IMG/VR virus record: IMGVR_UViG_3300030104_006883
Location: 96,001-160,000 of that record
Source of the DNA: a virus
Direction: 5' to 3' (one strand)
Length of the DNA: 64,000 bases
Part shown: positions 29,574 to 40,800 of the stretch, piece by piece
Layout: the number at the start of each line of letters is the position of its first letter
How positions within the stretch are numbered: the first letter of the stretch is position 1
Program-made: the position numbers and the translations under genes
Notes under the pieces: model-generated
What the model was told of the DNA's origin: nothing
Databases searched by the model: none
What the model saw: the letters and a program-made list of their open reading frames with translations, nothing else

Positions 29574-32500
29574 ATGTCGGTTAAGAAGTTTAAATTTGTT
29601 TCACCTGGAGTTTTCATCAATGAGATCGATAACTCCCAAAGACCAAACGAGCCAACAGGAAGAGGCCCACTTATCATCGGTAGAACCGAAAGAGGCCCAT
29701 CAATGGTGCCGTATCAAGTAAATTCTTTTGCAGAATTTGTAACTGTATTCGGCAATCCAATCTCTGGCAAAACAAACACAGATAGTTGGAGAGATGGCAA
29801 TTACGGCGCTCCAACATACGCTGCATATGCGGCACAAGCTTGGTTGACAAATAATTCCCCCGTGACAATAGTCAGGCTTCTTGGTGATGAGAATTCCAAA
29901 GGCACTGGAACCGGAGACGCATTGGCAGGGTGGAACACAGCGAACGAAATTAAGGCCGCTGGAGCTTCTAACGTTATCGCAGGCGGCGGAGCCTATGGCC
30001 TTTGGCTTGTTGATAGCGGTTCCAATATCGAGGATGGCACAGGCGGGTCCTCGAACTTCATGTTCGGCGCGGGCGTTACTGGAACACTAGGGGCGATTTT
30101 TTATACCAACACCGGTTGCCCACAGCTAAGCGGGTCGACCGCTGGATACAATATAGCTCCATCTGATGGCATACCTGATGTAACAGGCTCTGCAATTTGG
30201 GTCAAGTCTACAGCCGATAAGACCTTTAAGCTTGTTATGATGGATGGATCTACGGATGTGGCGGCTGCGGCTACTGAAACCGTTACATTTAATTTCGATA
30301 GAACTTCAAGCAAGTATATTAGAAAGGTTTTAAATACAAATCCGGTATTGACAAACTCCGATGTTTCTTCAGACACGAAGAACTTTTGGCTTGGTGAGAC
30401 TTTCGAAAGAGAAGTATACAATAGATGCTCTGGCTCCACACAATGGGGAGTTATTTTGCCAATGGCCCAATTCGGAACAGCCAGTAACCAGTGGCAGGAG
30501 CATAACTATGGAATGAGAAGATCTAAGACTGGCTGGTTTATTTCCCAGGACGTGAGAACGACTCCGGGGTCCGCTGTGGAAACTAGCAATGTCTTGAGCC
30601 CCGTGTATAGTCCAGAAAGCATGCAAAAGCTTTTCAAAATTCATTCATTGGGGTGGGGCGAGTGGAACCAGAACAATCTTAAGATCTCTATCGAGAATGT
30701 GTCGGCACCTACCAATAATTCAGACCCTTATGGTCACTTTAGTGTGAGAGTTAGAAAGATAGAAGACAATGATGGTGCTTTGAAGACTGTCGAGCTATAC
30801 GACAACTGCAATCTTAATCCTAATTCTGAAAACTACATCGCCAAGATGATCGGCGATAGGTACATCGAGTGGGATGAAGACACAAAGCGATACACAGAGT
30901 ATGGGAATTATGATAATAATTCGCAATTTATCAGAGTCGAAATGAATACTGATGTTGACGACGGAACAACGGACGCCTCGTATCTACCGTTTGGTGTTTA
31001 TGGGCACCCAAGGTTTGCACCTTGGCGGTTTGTGTCTGGAACGACAGGCCCTATTAAGTTAGCCTCTGCGGCGACCTCTGGATCTGTTGACTATGCCAAC
31101 ACATATATCTCATCCTTTGTAGGCGGAGTAACTTCGTTCATCCCAGGAGGTCAGTATCGCAATGATGCAAACAATTCGGATGCTTGGATTGGCGTTGCTC
31201 CGTCAGCTTCTAATAACGTTGCACAAGCAGGGGCGCACGCTCCCTTTGTATTCCCCGCTGTCCCACTAAGGTCTGGGTCGTTAGATGGAAACATCCAGAG
31301 CCCAAGACAGGCATACTTCGGTGCAGATGTGCTTAGAAAAGAGGGTGGAGTCTTTTATCTTGACTTTGAAAAATCAACAAGAGATATTCTTAGGGCGCTC
31401 CCTGACAGCCATAAAGACAGTGACACTGTGGCAAACCAGCTTGAGTGGTCTTGGGTATTCTCCCTGGATGATGTAAGTGGTACTTTTGGCAATAGTGTAT
31501 CCTACTCCTCTGGTAGCCGCGCGACAGGGCGCTCAATAACTGCGGGCTCTGGTTCGTGGCAAGATGTTTTGACCGCAGGGTTCAACAAGTTCACTACTGT
31601 GCTCTATGGAGGTTTTGACGGTCTTAGAATTGATGAATCGGACCCGTTTAGAAACACGTTTACTACTGACGGGACGGAAACAACTAATTATGCTTACAAC
31701 TCTATTAAGAGAGCTATTGACTCCGCGAAAGACCCAGAGGTAGTCGATTACAACATCGCACTTGCTCCTGGCGTCACTACTAGCGGATTGACTGACCACT
31801 TAATCAATATTTGCGAAGATCGAGGCGACGCACTAGCAATCGTAGATTTGGCAGGAGGTTATGTACCTAGTTCCGAGAATACCACGGCACAGTCAGGAAG
31901 ATTGGGCAGCGTCAATACAACAATTACCAATCTAAATAACCGTGGCATTAACTCTAGTTACGGGTGTGCATACTACCCCTGGGTACAGGCTAGGGACACG
32001 CTAAACAACGCTACTGTTTGGGTACCACCATCTGTTGCCGCATTGGGCGCTATGTCCAACAGTGAAAGAAAGCAAGATCTTTGGTTTGCTCCTGCTGGGT
32101 TTAACAGAGGCGGTCTCTCCAAGGGAGACGGAGGCATCCCGGTAGTGGGCGTAGCTGAAAAGCTCACTGCTGAAAACCGCGACAAGCTTTACGATGCAAA
32201 CATCAATCCTATCGCTTCTTTCCCAAATGAAGGTATCGTTATCTTCGGACAGAAGACTCTTCAAGTAACGCCTTCGGCTCTTGACAGAGTAAATGTTAGA
32301 AGATTGATGATCTTTGTTAAGAAGAGCATTTCCCAGATGGCGAATCAGGTTCTGTTCGACCAGAACACGATCACGACGTGGAATAGGTTCACAGGAAAGG
32401 TTAATCCGTTCCTAGCGAGCATTAAGGCTAGATTTGGTCTAGATGATTTCAAGGTTGTCCTCGATAATACGACGACTACACCAGACCTAGTTGACAGAAA

Positions 32501-32600
32501 CATTATTTATGCGAAGATCTTCTTAAAGCCAACAAAGGCTGTAGAGTACATCGCTATTGACTTCACAATTACTAATAGTGGAGCGTCTTTCGAGGACTAA
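29574..32600 (+). CDS. gp18: Contractile tail sheath protein (gp18-like, 1008 aa)
   Basis: FVSPGVFINEID N-terminus; C-terminal WFAPAGFNRG, LYDANINPIA, IFGQKTLQ, ALDRVNVRRL, IFLKPTKAVEYIAIDF. Confidence 0.95.
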   Translation: MSVKKFKFVSPGVFINEIDNSQRPNEPTGRGPLIIGRTERGPSMVPYQVNSFAEFVTVFGNPISGKTNTDSWRDGNYGAPTYAAYAAQAWLTNNSPVTIVRLLGDENSKGTGTGDALAGWNTANEIKAAGASNVIAGGGAYGLWLVDSGSNIEDGTGGSSNFMFGAGVTGTLGAIFYTNTGCPQLSGSTAGYNIAPSDGIPDVTGSAIWVKSTADKTFKLVMMDGSTDVAAAATETVTFNFDRTSSKYIRKVLNTNPVLTNSDVSSDTKNFWLGETFEREVYNRCSGSTQWGVILPMAQFGTASNQWQEHNYGMRRSKTGWFISQDVRTTPGSAVETSNVLSPVYSPESMQKLFKIHSLGWGEWNQNNLKISIENVSAPTNNSDPYGHFSVRVRKIEDNDGALKTVELYDNCNLNPNSENYIAKMIGDRYIEWDEDTKRYTEYGNYDNNSQFIRVEMNTDVDDGTTDASYLPFGVYGHPRFAPWRFVSGTTGPIKLASAATSGSVDYANTYISSFVGGVTSFIPGGQYRNDANNSDAWIGVAPSASNNVAQAGAHAPFVFPAVPLRSGSLDGNIQSPRQAYFGADVLRKEGGVFYLDFEKSTRDILRALPDSHKDSDTVANQLEWSWVFSLDDVSGTFGNSVSYSSGSRATGRSITAGSGSWQDVLTAGFNKFTTVLYGGFDGLRIDESDPFRNTFTTDGTETTNYAYNSIKRAIDSAKDPEVVDYNIALAPGVTTSGLTDHLINICEDRGDALAIVDLAGGYVPSSENTTAQSGRLGSVNTTITNLNNRGINSSYGCAYYPWVQARDTLNNATVWVPPSVAALGAMSNSERKQDLWFAPAGFNRGGLSKGDGGIPVVGVAEKLTAENRDKLYDANINPIASFPNEGIVIFGQKTLQVTPSALDRVNVRRLMIFVKKSISQMANQVLFDQNTITTWNRFTGKVNPFLASIKARFGLDDFKVVLDNTTTTPDLVDRNIIYAKIFLKPTKAVEYIAIDFTITNSGASFED

Positions 32601-32645
32601 AAATAAAACAAATATCTATTTAAATTATAGAGGAGAACTAAAAAC

Positions 32646-33185
32646 ATGGGGTCAACTTCATTCTGGTCTGATCAAAGTATTGAGCCAAAGAGAAAATCAA
32701 GATTTATTTTATCACTAGGGGGGATCGAGCATTGGATTGTAAAGTCAGGTGCAAAGCCTAGCTTCGATATCAATGTAACGGAGCATACTTATCTTAATCA
32801 TAAGTTCTACTACCCCGGAACAGTTACCTGGAATGAGATTGAAGTTACACTTGTTGATCCGCTAAGACCGGATTCAACAGCTACTATGTATCAGGTTCTT
32901 CTCTCGTCGGGCTATATCCCGCCTACGAGCCAGGGAGAAGCAGAGTCAGGCACGGTCTCTAAGAAGAATTCTACTGCCGCCATGAACAATGTAACCATTT
33001 CCCATCTTGGACCGGGCGGAATAGATGATATTCTAGACACATGGACACTAAATAATGCGTTTGTCTCTAGAGTTAACTGGGGTGACTTAAGTTACGAAGA
33101 TGATAGTCTTGTTGACATCGTTCTCGGATTAAGATATGATTTCGCTACATACGAGACAACAAGTACCCCTTCAAGCGGTATTTAA
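32646..33185 (+). CDS. gp19: Tail tube protein (gp19-like)
   Basis: EPKRKSRF, YYPGTVTWNEIEVTLVDP, WTLNNAF...WGDLSY...LRYDFA; follows the sheath. Confidence 0.85.
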   Translation: MGSTSFWSDQSIEPKRKSRFILSLGGIEHWIVKSGAKPSFDINVTEHTYLNHKFYYPGTVTWNEIEVTLVDPLRPDSTATMYQVLLSSGYIPPTSQGEAESGTVSKKNSTAAMNNVTISHLGPGGIDDILDTWTLNNAFVSRVNWGDLSYEDDSLVDIVLGLRYDFATYETTSTPSSGI

Positions 33186-33211
33186 AGAACTAATAACATA
33201 GTGAGGTAAAT

Positions 33212-34054
33212 ATGAGTTCAAGCAGGAACGAGGCCCGCATGGGAGTCCCAGAGGACGCCCCACAGCCTCAGACTCAGCAAGGAGATCCTCTCTCTTTTGC
33301 TGTTCCTACCGAGTTAGTGGAGATCCCATCTAAGGGTAAATTTTACCCAGAGGGCCACCCGCTGCATAATGTTGAGACGGTGGAGATGCGCTTCATGACG
33401 GCGAAGGAAGAAGATATTCTTACTTCTCAATCGTTAATCAAGAAAGGCGTTGTTATCGATAGGCTCCTACAGAGTCTTTTGATAGATAAAAGAATTACAC
33501 TTGATACCCTTTTGGTAGGGGACAAGAACGCTTTAGTAATTGCTGCTAGAGCGAGCGGCTATGGTAATGAGTATGAGACGAAAGTACCTTGTCCTTCTTG
33601 CGGCTCCACTGTCGAGTATTCTTTTGATCTTGACGAAGTTGAAGTAAAAGAGATCTTTTCAGACGACGATCTAGGGATCAGCTTTACGGGCGCGAATACT
33701 TTTAGTATACAACTACCAAAGACTGGAGCCACCGTTGAAGTTCGCCCTATGACTGGCGCAGATGAAAGATTTATCGCCCAGCAGGCGGAAAGAAGAAAGA
33801 AGAATAAGCTAGCAGACAACGCTTTAACTACGCAGCTAAAGCGAATGATAGTAGCAATCAACGGCGACGCAGACTCTGCAACTATTAATAAATTCGTTGA
33901 TAGTATGCCTGCTTTCGACTCTAGACATCTAAGAGGCGCTTATACGAAAATTGTTCCTGATATTGACATGCAACAGGAATTTACTTGCTCTGAATGTGGC
34001 CATGAGCAAATTATGGAGGTGCCGCTCACAGCGGACTTCTTTTGGCCTCGATAA
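33212..34054 (+). CDS. Baseplate hub/tail assembly chaperone (gp26-like, two CxxC pairs)
   Basis: VEIPSKGKFYP...MRFMTAKEEDILTSQ...LLVGDKNAL.IAAR..GYG..Y; CPSC and CSEC; ends DFFWPR. Confidence 0.7.
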   Translation: MSSSRNEARMGVPEDAPQPQTQQGDPLSFAVPTELVEIPSKGKFYPEGHPLHNVETVEMRFMTAKEEDILTSQSLIKKGVVIDRLLQSLLIDKRITLDTLLVGDKNALVIAARASGYGNEYETKVPCPSCGSTVEYSFDLDEVEVKEIFSDDDLGISFTGANTFSIQLPKTGATVEVRPMTGADERFIAQQAERRKKNKLADNALTTQLKRMIVAINGDADSATINKFVDSMPAFDSRHLRGAYTKIVPDIDMQQEFTCSECGHEQIMEVPLTADFFWPR

Positions 34055-34229
34055 CATATATATAGAAAACGTATATGAGCAGATATTTTTCTTAAAATAC
34101 CATGGCAATTGGTCTTTCATGGAGGCATATAACCTCCCCATCAAGATCCGCGCTTGGTTTTTGCACAGGCTATCGCAACAGATAGATAAAGAGAACAAAG
34201 CGATGGAAAAAGCTACAAAGGGTAAATAA
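34041..34229 (+). CDS. gp51-like/GT-type chaperone extension, probably reached by a +1 frameshift from the upstream gene
   Basis: The +1 frame reads FGLDNIYIENVYEQIFFLKYHGNWSFMEAYNLPIKIRAWFL. There is no SD-led start at its protein-like 5' end. Confidence 0.55.
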   Translation, partial: FGLDNIYIENVYEQIFFLKYHGNWSFMEAYNLPIKIRAWFLHRLSQQIDKENKAMEKATKGK

Positions 34230-34265
34230 TCTGTTATAAACTATTTACTTAGAAGGAGCTTTGTA

Positions 34266-34586
34266 ATGGAAGAAAAGGTATTCGATCTAGGCGCAGCAAA
34301 AAGAACTTCGGAGCTAAATGAAGGCTTCTTGGAGACTTTTGGCTATTTTGCTGAAATGGGCCTAAAAAGACTATTCGGATACGATCTTGGTATACCTTTA
34401 AAAGTAAAGGGCACCCCTTCGGAAATTAAAGCTTTCAGCAGCGCTCTAAACAGCGAAAAGAAATATATGGAGGCCTACAAAAAGCATGGCCTTACTGATT
34501 CTAGAACATTAAACAATAAGACTCTTCTTGATAAAGCGGTGGCTAAATTCCAGAAAGCCACCGGCCTGAAGTGGCCTTTTAAATAG
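34266..34586 (+). CDS. Hypothetical late protein
   Basis: AAGGAG SD; CTATTTA at 34241. Confidence 0.6.
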   Translation: MEEKVFDLGAAKRTSELNEGFLETFGYFAEMGLKRLFGYDLGIPLKVKGTPSEIKAFSSALNSEKKYMEAYKKHGLTDSRTLNNKTLLDKAVAKFQKATGLKWPFK

Positions 34587-34597
34587 GAGGCTAGCTC

Positions 34598-36595
34598 GTG
34601 GCAGAAGAAGATGAGATAAGAATTGAAAATATAAGTAGAATCAAAGAAGAAACAGAGGCTCGGAAGGCTCTTCTCGATGTGACTCAACAGGAACAGGCTG
34701 AGATCGCAAAGCAGATAGCTACGCTCAAGGCAAAGAACGAACTCAGCGACGCAGAGCAGGACACCCTACAAAAGCTTTTACAGGTAAGAAAAGATAATAT
34801 AGAGATCATGGTAAAGACTCGCGCAGAGCTTGACAAGGCCAGCGAGAAATACCAGGAAGTCACTAATAAAATAAAAGAACTACAAGATGTCGGTAAAACT
34901 GCTGCGGATAATATAAAAGACCTCGGAAGAGCTTTCGGAATACCTAAGAATTTTGAAAAAGGGCTTGTTGGCTCTATCATAAAGCTGGGTATGATGAACA
35001 GCAAAACAGAGGAAGGTCAAAAGGCGATGCAAGGCTTTAAAAAGAGCTTTGAGGGCACTTTTAGCAAGGCCAATATCTTGATGGCAGCTACAGGGTTTAT
35101 ATTAACCGCTGTGCAAGATGCCGCAATGTTCCTATTTAAGAGCTTAAAAGACGTTGTGATCGCCTTCGATGAGATGAGGGCTTCTGTTAACAAAAACATT
35201 TTATCTGGGCAAGAATACGCTCAAATAGCTAAAGAAACATCAGCAGCCAATCTCTACCTCGGAGTTACAGCAGAAGTTGCAGCCGAAAGTGTGTCTGCTA
35301 TCGCTCAAAACCTAGATTTAGCAAGCGATAGAAACAAGATGTTCGCCCAGGAGTTAACACTCACTGTTTCCAAGATGCACATTTTAGGCGCGGACGCCAA
35401 GCAAACCACCCAGGCCTTATCATTCTTCCAAAGAGGCCTTAAATTAAATGCAACAGCCGCGAAGGCTATGACAATGGAAGTCTTCCAACTTTCCCAGGGT
35501 CTAAAAACGAATCTTGGAGAGGCGTTCGATCAATTAAATACAGCGATGCCTACGCTAGCGGCTCATGGAGACGACATGATGAAGGTGTTCGAGGGATTAG
35601 CGATTCAATCGAGAGCCTCTGGGGCATCTATGCAGACTCTTCTGAGTGTGGCTGGCAAATTTGATGAATTCCGAACAGGTGCGGAGGCAGCGGCAGCTTT
35701 AAACAGCATTATGGGAGGAGCGCTGCTCAACTCTACAGAGCTTGTGAGAATGAGCGAGGAAGAGAGATTAAAAACAATCGTAAGCACAATCCAGGCGCAA
35801 GGGGTTGCCTTTAAAGACATGGATCGATATGAGAAAAAGTTAATTGCTAGCAAGCTGGGTATCACTGACATGGCAGAGGCAAACAAACTATTTGGAATGA
35901 GCATGTCAGAATATGACGAATATAGAAATCAAGTAGATGCAGCAGAAAAGTCACAACAAGCGCTGGCTGACGCGGTTCTAAAAGCGACGCCAATAATCCA
36001 ACAACTACAGCAGCTTGTGATGGATTTCGTAGTGGCATATGGTGATGATATCGAAGCCTTATTAAGAGGTACTTTGGATTTAGCAAAGAGCTTTATGGAA
36101 TGGAAGAAGTCAGGGGAGTGGCTCTCACCCTGGGGGGCCGCAGTTGTAGGTATCCTTGGTTCGGTAACAGCCGCTCTGGGGCTCTTTGTCGCAATGGTTG
36201 TTAAATTAGCAGCAGTTGCTCTTCCATTAAAACCTATACTTGCAGGCTTGGGCGCGGCTGTCGCGCCTCTAGCTGCTGGTATGGGCCTCGCGGGCGGCAC
36301 AGCCACAGCCACAGCCGCTGCTGGCGCAGGCGCTGCTGCGGGGGGAGCAGGATTGTTGGTTGCTGGCAAGGTACTGGCGGTTCTTGCTGGAGTGGCGGCA
36401 CTTGGCTATGCGGGTTATAAGCTCTTTGAGGGTAACGATAGAGCAACACCAGCACCAGCCCAGGCCCAGCGAGCATCTCAGGGAGATTTTGTAATAGACA
36501 ATGCAACCCTGAACCTCACTTTTAGTGCAGAAGAAACAGTGAAAATATCAAAGACACTTACAAGCGTTGGATTAAAAGCCAACGGGATGACATAG
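34598..36595 (+). CDS. Tape measure protein (665 aa)
   Basis: Ala/Gln-rich helical protein with an N-terminal coiled coil and a hydrophobic Ala/Gly C-terminal segment; GTG start with GGAGG SD; follows the tube and chaperone. Confidence 0.7.
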   Translation: MAEEDEIRIENISRIKEETEARKALLDVTQQEQAEIAKQIATLKAKNELSDAEQDTLQKLLQVRKDNIEIMVKTRAELDKASEKYQEVTNKIKELQDVGKTAADNIKDLGRAFGIPKNFEKGLVGSIIKLGMMNSKTEEGQKAMQGFKKSFEGTFSKANILMAATGFILTAVQDAAMFLFKSLKDVVIAFDEMRASVNKNILSGQEYAQIAKETSAANLYLGVTAEVAAESVSAIAQNLDLASDRNKMFAQELTLTVSKMHILGADAKQTTQALSFFQRGLKLNATAAKAMTMEVFQLSQGLKTNLGEAFDQLNTAMPTLAAHGDDMMKVFEGLAIQSRASGASMQTLLSVAGKFDEFRTGAEAAAALNSIMGGALLNSTELVRMSEEERLKTIVSTIQAQGVAFKDMDRYEKKLIASKLGITDMAEANKLFGMSMSEYDEYRNQVDAAEKSQQALADAVLKATPIIQQLQQLVMDFVVAYGDDIEALLRGTLDLAKSFMEWKKSGEWLSPWGAAVVGILGSVTAALGLFVAMVVKLAAVALPLKPILAGLGAAVAPLAAGMGLAGGTATATAAAGAGAAAGGAGLLVAGKVLAVLAGVAALGYAGYKLFEGNDRATPAPAQAQRASQGDFVIDNATLNLTFSAEETVKISKTLTSVGLKANGMT

Positions 36596-36605
36596 GGGAC
36601 AACAA

Positions 36606-37457
36606 ATGGCAGCAGGAGACAGCCTACAATGGTTCGATAAGGGAGCCGATGCTAGTGATAATTTAGGTAACAAAGGACAATTTATAGAGTTTTATCAAGT
36701 TCCTAGTATGGAGGCTGTACGCTTTAAGGCCTTTGTAACCCAATATGAAGATGCATATAACAGCACCTGGCAGAGGACTCCTGTCTTTGGCAAGATGGAC
36801 CCAATACATACGTTTCAGCACACACAGAGGGTGATAAACCTTTCGTGGGAGGTACTTGCGGGTTCCCTTGAAGAGGCAGTAGAGAACCAGAGAAAACTGT
36901 CTATGCTCGTACAAATGTTATACCCATCATATGAGGGTTCAGAGAACGGGGGGAAAAGAGTAAAAACAGCCCCTATATTTAAAGTAAAATTTATGAACTT
37001 GATAACTGACTCTTCGGTATCCTCGGAATCATCTATGGCAGAGACAAGTGGCCTTGTATGTACGATTGATGGTTTTAGACACTCTCCCGTAATGGAGAGC
37101 GGACACTTTGTATCAAATGGTGGCTTGTTTCCAAAAAATTTCCAACTACAATGCAGCATGCATGTCCTACATACTCATGAGCTTGGATGGAATGGAGCAG
37201 GAGACTTTGAAGAAACAAATTTCCCATATGGCTCCGATGATAGAGCTTTGGCGGTGGGCTCGGTGGCACAAGGAGATGAGGTTGTACGTAACGAGGACGG
37301 CACTTTTGAAGCGAAAATATCATCTTTGCCAAAATCGATTAGAAGAGGACAAGGAACTAATAATCGGTTCTTAAAGCCATCAGCATGGGAAGAGATGCAA
37401 GGATTACCGGCAGAGGTGCCGGTTAGTGATTTTAGTCCGTCTAAACAGAAGAAATAA
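36606..37457 (+). CDS. Tail tube initiator/baseplate hub-like protein
   Basis: FKAFVTQYEDAY...W....VFGKMDPIHTFQHTQRVINLSW is typical of tube-initiator (gp48/54, gpU-like) proteins after the tape measure. Confidence 0.6.
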   Translation: MAAGDSLQWFDKGADASDNLGNKGQFIEFYQVPSMEAVRFKAFVTQYEDAYNSTWQRTPVFGKMDPIHTFQHTQRVINLSWEVLAGSLEEAVENQRKLSMLVQMLYPSYEGSENGGKRVKTAPIFKVKFMNLITDSSVSSESSMAETSGLVCTIDGFRHSPVMESGHFVSNGGLFPKNFQLQCSMHVLHTHELGWNGAGDFEETNFPYGSDDRALAVGSVAQGDEVVRNEDGTFEAKISSLPKSIRRGQGTNNRFLKPSAWEEMQGLPAEVPVSDFSPSKQKK

Positions 37458-37470
37458 GGTGTGTTAAAAA

Positions 37471-37809
37471 ATGGGCGTAAGATACGATAATAGAGCAACT
37501 ATAAAAATATTAAAAGATTACTATAAGTCTGCTTTGCAAAGGAGAAATCTTAAAGATTTAACAATCTTTAAGACGCCTGTATTAAATTATCCAACTGCTG
37601 AGCAGGCCGACCATTTAAACTTGATAAGACACACTTGGTCAACTGGAGACAGGTTTTATAAACTGGCCTACAAGCACTATGGCGACCAAGAGCTTTGGTG
37701 GGTAATTGCGTTTTTTAATCAAAAGCCTACCGAGTCCCATTTAAGCTTGGGAGACACTGTTTTGGTGCCTCTTAACTTAGAACTAATGCTAGAAATATTG
37801 GGAGTATAA
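37471..37809 (+). CDS. LysM-like baseplate wedge protein (gp53/gpX-like)
   Basis: HTWSTGDRFYKLAYKHYGDQELWWVIAFFN...GDTVLVP. Confidence 0.75.
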   Translation: MGVRYDNRATIKILKDYYKSALQRRNLKDLTIFKTPVLNYPTAEQADHLNLIRHTWSTGDRFYKLAYKHYGDQELWWVIAFFNQKPTESHLSLGDTVLVPLNLELMLEILGV

Positions 37810-37810
37810 C

Positions 37811-40800
37811 ATGGGAGGAAGCGCACCAGGAGGCCCAGCAAAGCCTATTGTAGATGATCAGCAAGTTCTCGATGCCTTGGCTCAGGTTGGAGTAAAGTAT
37901 CAAACCAGCAATGTACCTGGGCTAACCCAAGACCAGAGAAACGAGATCCTTGACAAGGTAAAAAGCTATAAAAAGATAAAAGAAATATTAGAAAGAAGTC
38001 TCAATAGAGATGCTGCTCGATTAAGGGCATTTCTCAAGAACTATTCAGGATTTAGAGGCAGACCAGTTGTCAGTGCCGCGCCAGCACAAGGGTCATACTT
38101 CCAAAAGTTTGCTTTATTTTTTACCACTTCTGAAGATGAAGATGCTGTAAACCATCTTGATGATGCTAAGCCGACTGTCCGCGCAGGAGGCCCTAAGACT
38201 AGCGTCGAATATTTTTTTGAAAAACTTACTAACGAGGCTCAATATAGACAGGAACTTATTGATCTAGTTGGCTTTAACCCAATTTACAATAAGAACTCAA
38301 ATCCTGATGGCTGGATCGGCCCTGAACTAATCACAACTCATGATGAAATGGTACGTGCTTTGGGCCAGGTCCACGAAATGGGCGACAACTTTGTCGATAG
38401 CAGAGAGAACCCAGATTTTGGAAAAGTAGAATATTTTAAAATATTAGACAGAGAACTTTTAGTAGGACAAAACAGCGGCGGTGCCAAAACCTATCGATCT
38501 GTAATTTTAAACTTTCTTCGGTGGGTAGAAGGAGAAAACAAAAAACAAGATTCAATCAAAGAAGACATAGAGTCAATCATAGGAATAGAGTCCGGCACTA
38601 CCAGTGGCCTGGAGCTTAAGGAAACAGAATCTGAAGAGCAGCCAATTACCGAGGTTGTGGAGAGAGAAAGAAGATTCCAAGATCAATGTTTTTTGACTAG
38701 TAATTTTAATAAAATATTTGAAAGTACGGGCACGACAAGTTATGAGCATTTTATATCTCTTCAGGGAGAGCCGTTCGTAGCGACCAACAACATGACTTTT
38801 CACAAAGGGCAAAAGGCTTTCGCAGATCTTACATCGTTAGAAATGTCCATGCTCTTTCCCAAGATCAAGCTTTCTAAAGTTTTCTATACAAAAAAAGACG
38901 GGAAATTTCAAACTTTAGCATCAGTTCCCTTTAAGTTTGGCACTTTTAATGACTTCAAGGACCCCTCGATGCTGACTATGAGCAGGAGAGCCAGGGGAGA
39001 CGACGCAGGCATAGAGTCGTTTTCTTTTTCTTTCGAAGGGCAGGATTACGCAACAGCGGACAAGATAATAGTTTGCAATGCGACATATTTTTTCAGGTCT
39101 ATGTCTGATTTTATATCTGATTTTAAGCATGGAGATAGAATTTTTAGTTATTCGGATTTAGCGGCATACCCTGCCGGAAGAGAAGAGTTTGCTATTAAAG
39201 CAGAAGTTGGATGGCAAACTCCGGACGACTTGTCTACGCTCGTTGGTTCTAGTCGGGCAGATAAGATAAAAAAGGCGGCGGCGTCCGCAAAATTAGCTAT
39301 CTTCTTGGAGGTGACTAGCTTTAATTACGAGATTAATGAGGACGGCTCTTTAAAGGTATTTGCAGAGTACATGGGCTGGATAAACAATATGCTGTCTGGC
39401 CTTAAATTTGATATATTTTTAAATCCTGATACCGGCGGTGAAATTGATGATCTAAAGCTCGCTACGGCGGAACACTTGGTCACTATCTTAAAGGACCCGT
39501 TTGAGCGTGATAGAAAGTTATCTGACGTTATAGATAACGTAGCGACAGATGTAAATCTTGGCGTTAGCATTGGTGAAGACCCAAGGAGAGTTTTTGTTAA
39601 TGATATAGGCAGAGTCGCGCAGAGCATTGGTTCTAAACAAGATGTACAAAGCACGCTATTGAAATATGTTGACCAAGGCACCGGGATCGACAAGAATATA
39701 ACTCTTTCACAATATGTGATTAACACGTCTCCTAATCCAGATAAAGATGCCAATCCTGCTAAAAGGCAAGAAACGCTACAGAAATTTTTGGATGAATCAA
39801 GAAGAAACGTAAAAAAAATACAAGAAGAGGGACTGCTCATAAACCACGATGGTCTTTTAGAAGAGGTATTTGAAGAAGGTCTTGTTTACAGAGTTGATAT
39901 TCCAGAGGAATCCCTCTCTGATTACCAAACTAAAGATTTAAATAAGAGACTGTCTCCTTCGATAAGAAAAACATCACAAATTATGGAAAAAAAGGATGTC
40001 TTTACTGTTGAAACGCTAGATACTAGCGCTCAAGGCAAGATTGGCGAAAACTTAATATCCGCCACAAATCGTGCGTTTAGAAACAGAGCCGCAAGGACGA
40101 ATGACGCTAGAGACTTTCCGGCAGCGGGTGGCCCTAATGGACGCTTCTCCGGCAGTGGTGGATATAAAATATATTTTGTAACTTTTGGAAATATTTTAAA
40201 CACGGTAATGAAGAGAGTGTACAGCCCAAGAAACAAAGACAAGAATGCGTATATAAAGAAATTTAATATGATTGTTGGTTCTGCTAGCACGGAAACGGGT
40301 CCGTTCTCTGTAAGAAAGCCCGCTAATAAACACAAAAAAGATAACGCTAAAAAAGCAGAAAAGACAGACGAAGCATCGATCGCTGATATTCCGGTTTCTT
40401 TAGATCTTTTTACCTATTGGTATCTTACTGAAATTATGGAAAGCGGACACGTTACTTATGATATCGGCAAGTTTGTACAAAATATGCTTGATAAATTGAT
40501 TCTTCCGGCCCTCGGCGCTGATTGTCAAGAGGACACGGAGGTTTCGGACCTTTATACTGTAAAGGGACAGGTTTACAACAGCACTGGCAAAATTATGAAT
40601 AAAGTAGAAGGTAGGGCTTTAGAGAGAGGAGACAGGCTCGACGGAACCGACATTTTTGCAAAGAACACACGTTCTTATACTCTAAAAAACATTAATTCTT
40701 ACTACTACATCTACATGGATTCAAGGACAGCGCTGAAAGGCTTTAAGAAATTTGAACAACAAAAAGAGGACGGAAGAATTATGACTCTAGGCACAGGCTA

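Noticed and set aside
33951-34040. Upstream part of track ORF 33951-34229 as a real N-terminus
   Set aside because: It overlaps the chaperone's CxxC-coding region, has no SD and reads as non-protein-like. A frameshift entry at 34041 explains the ORF better.
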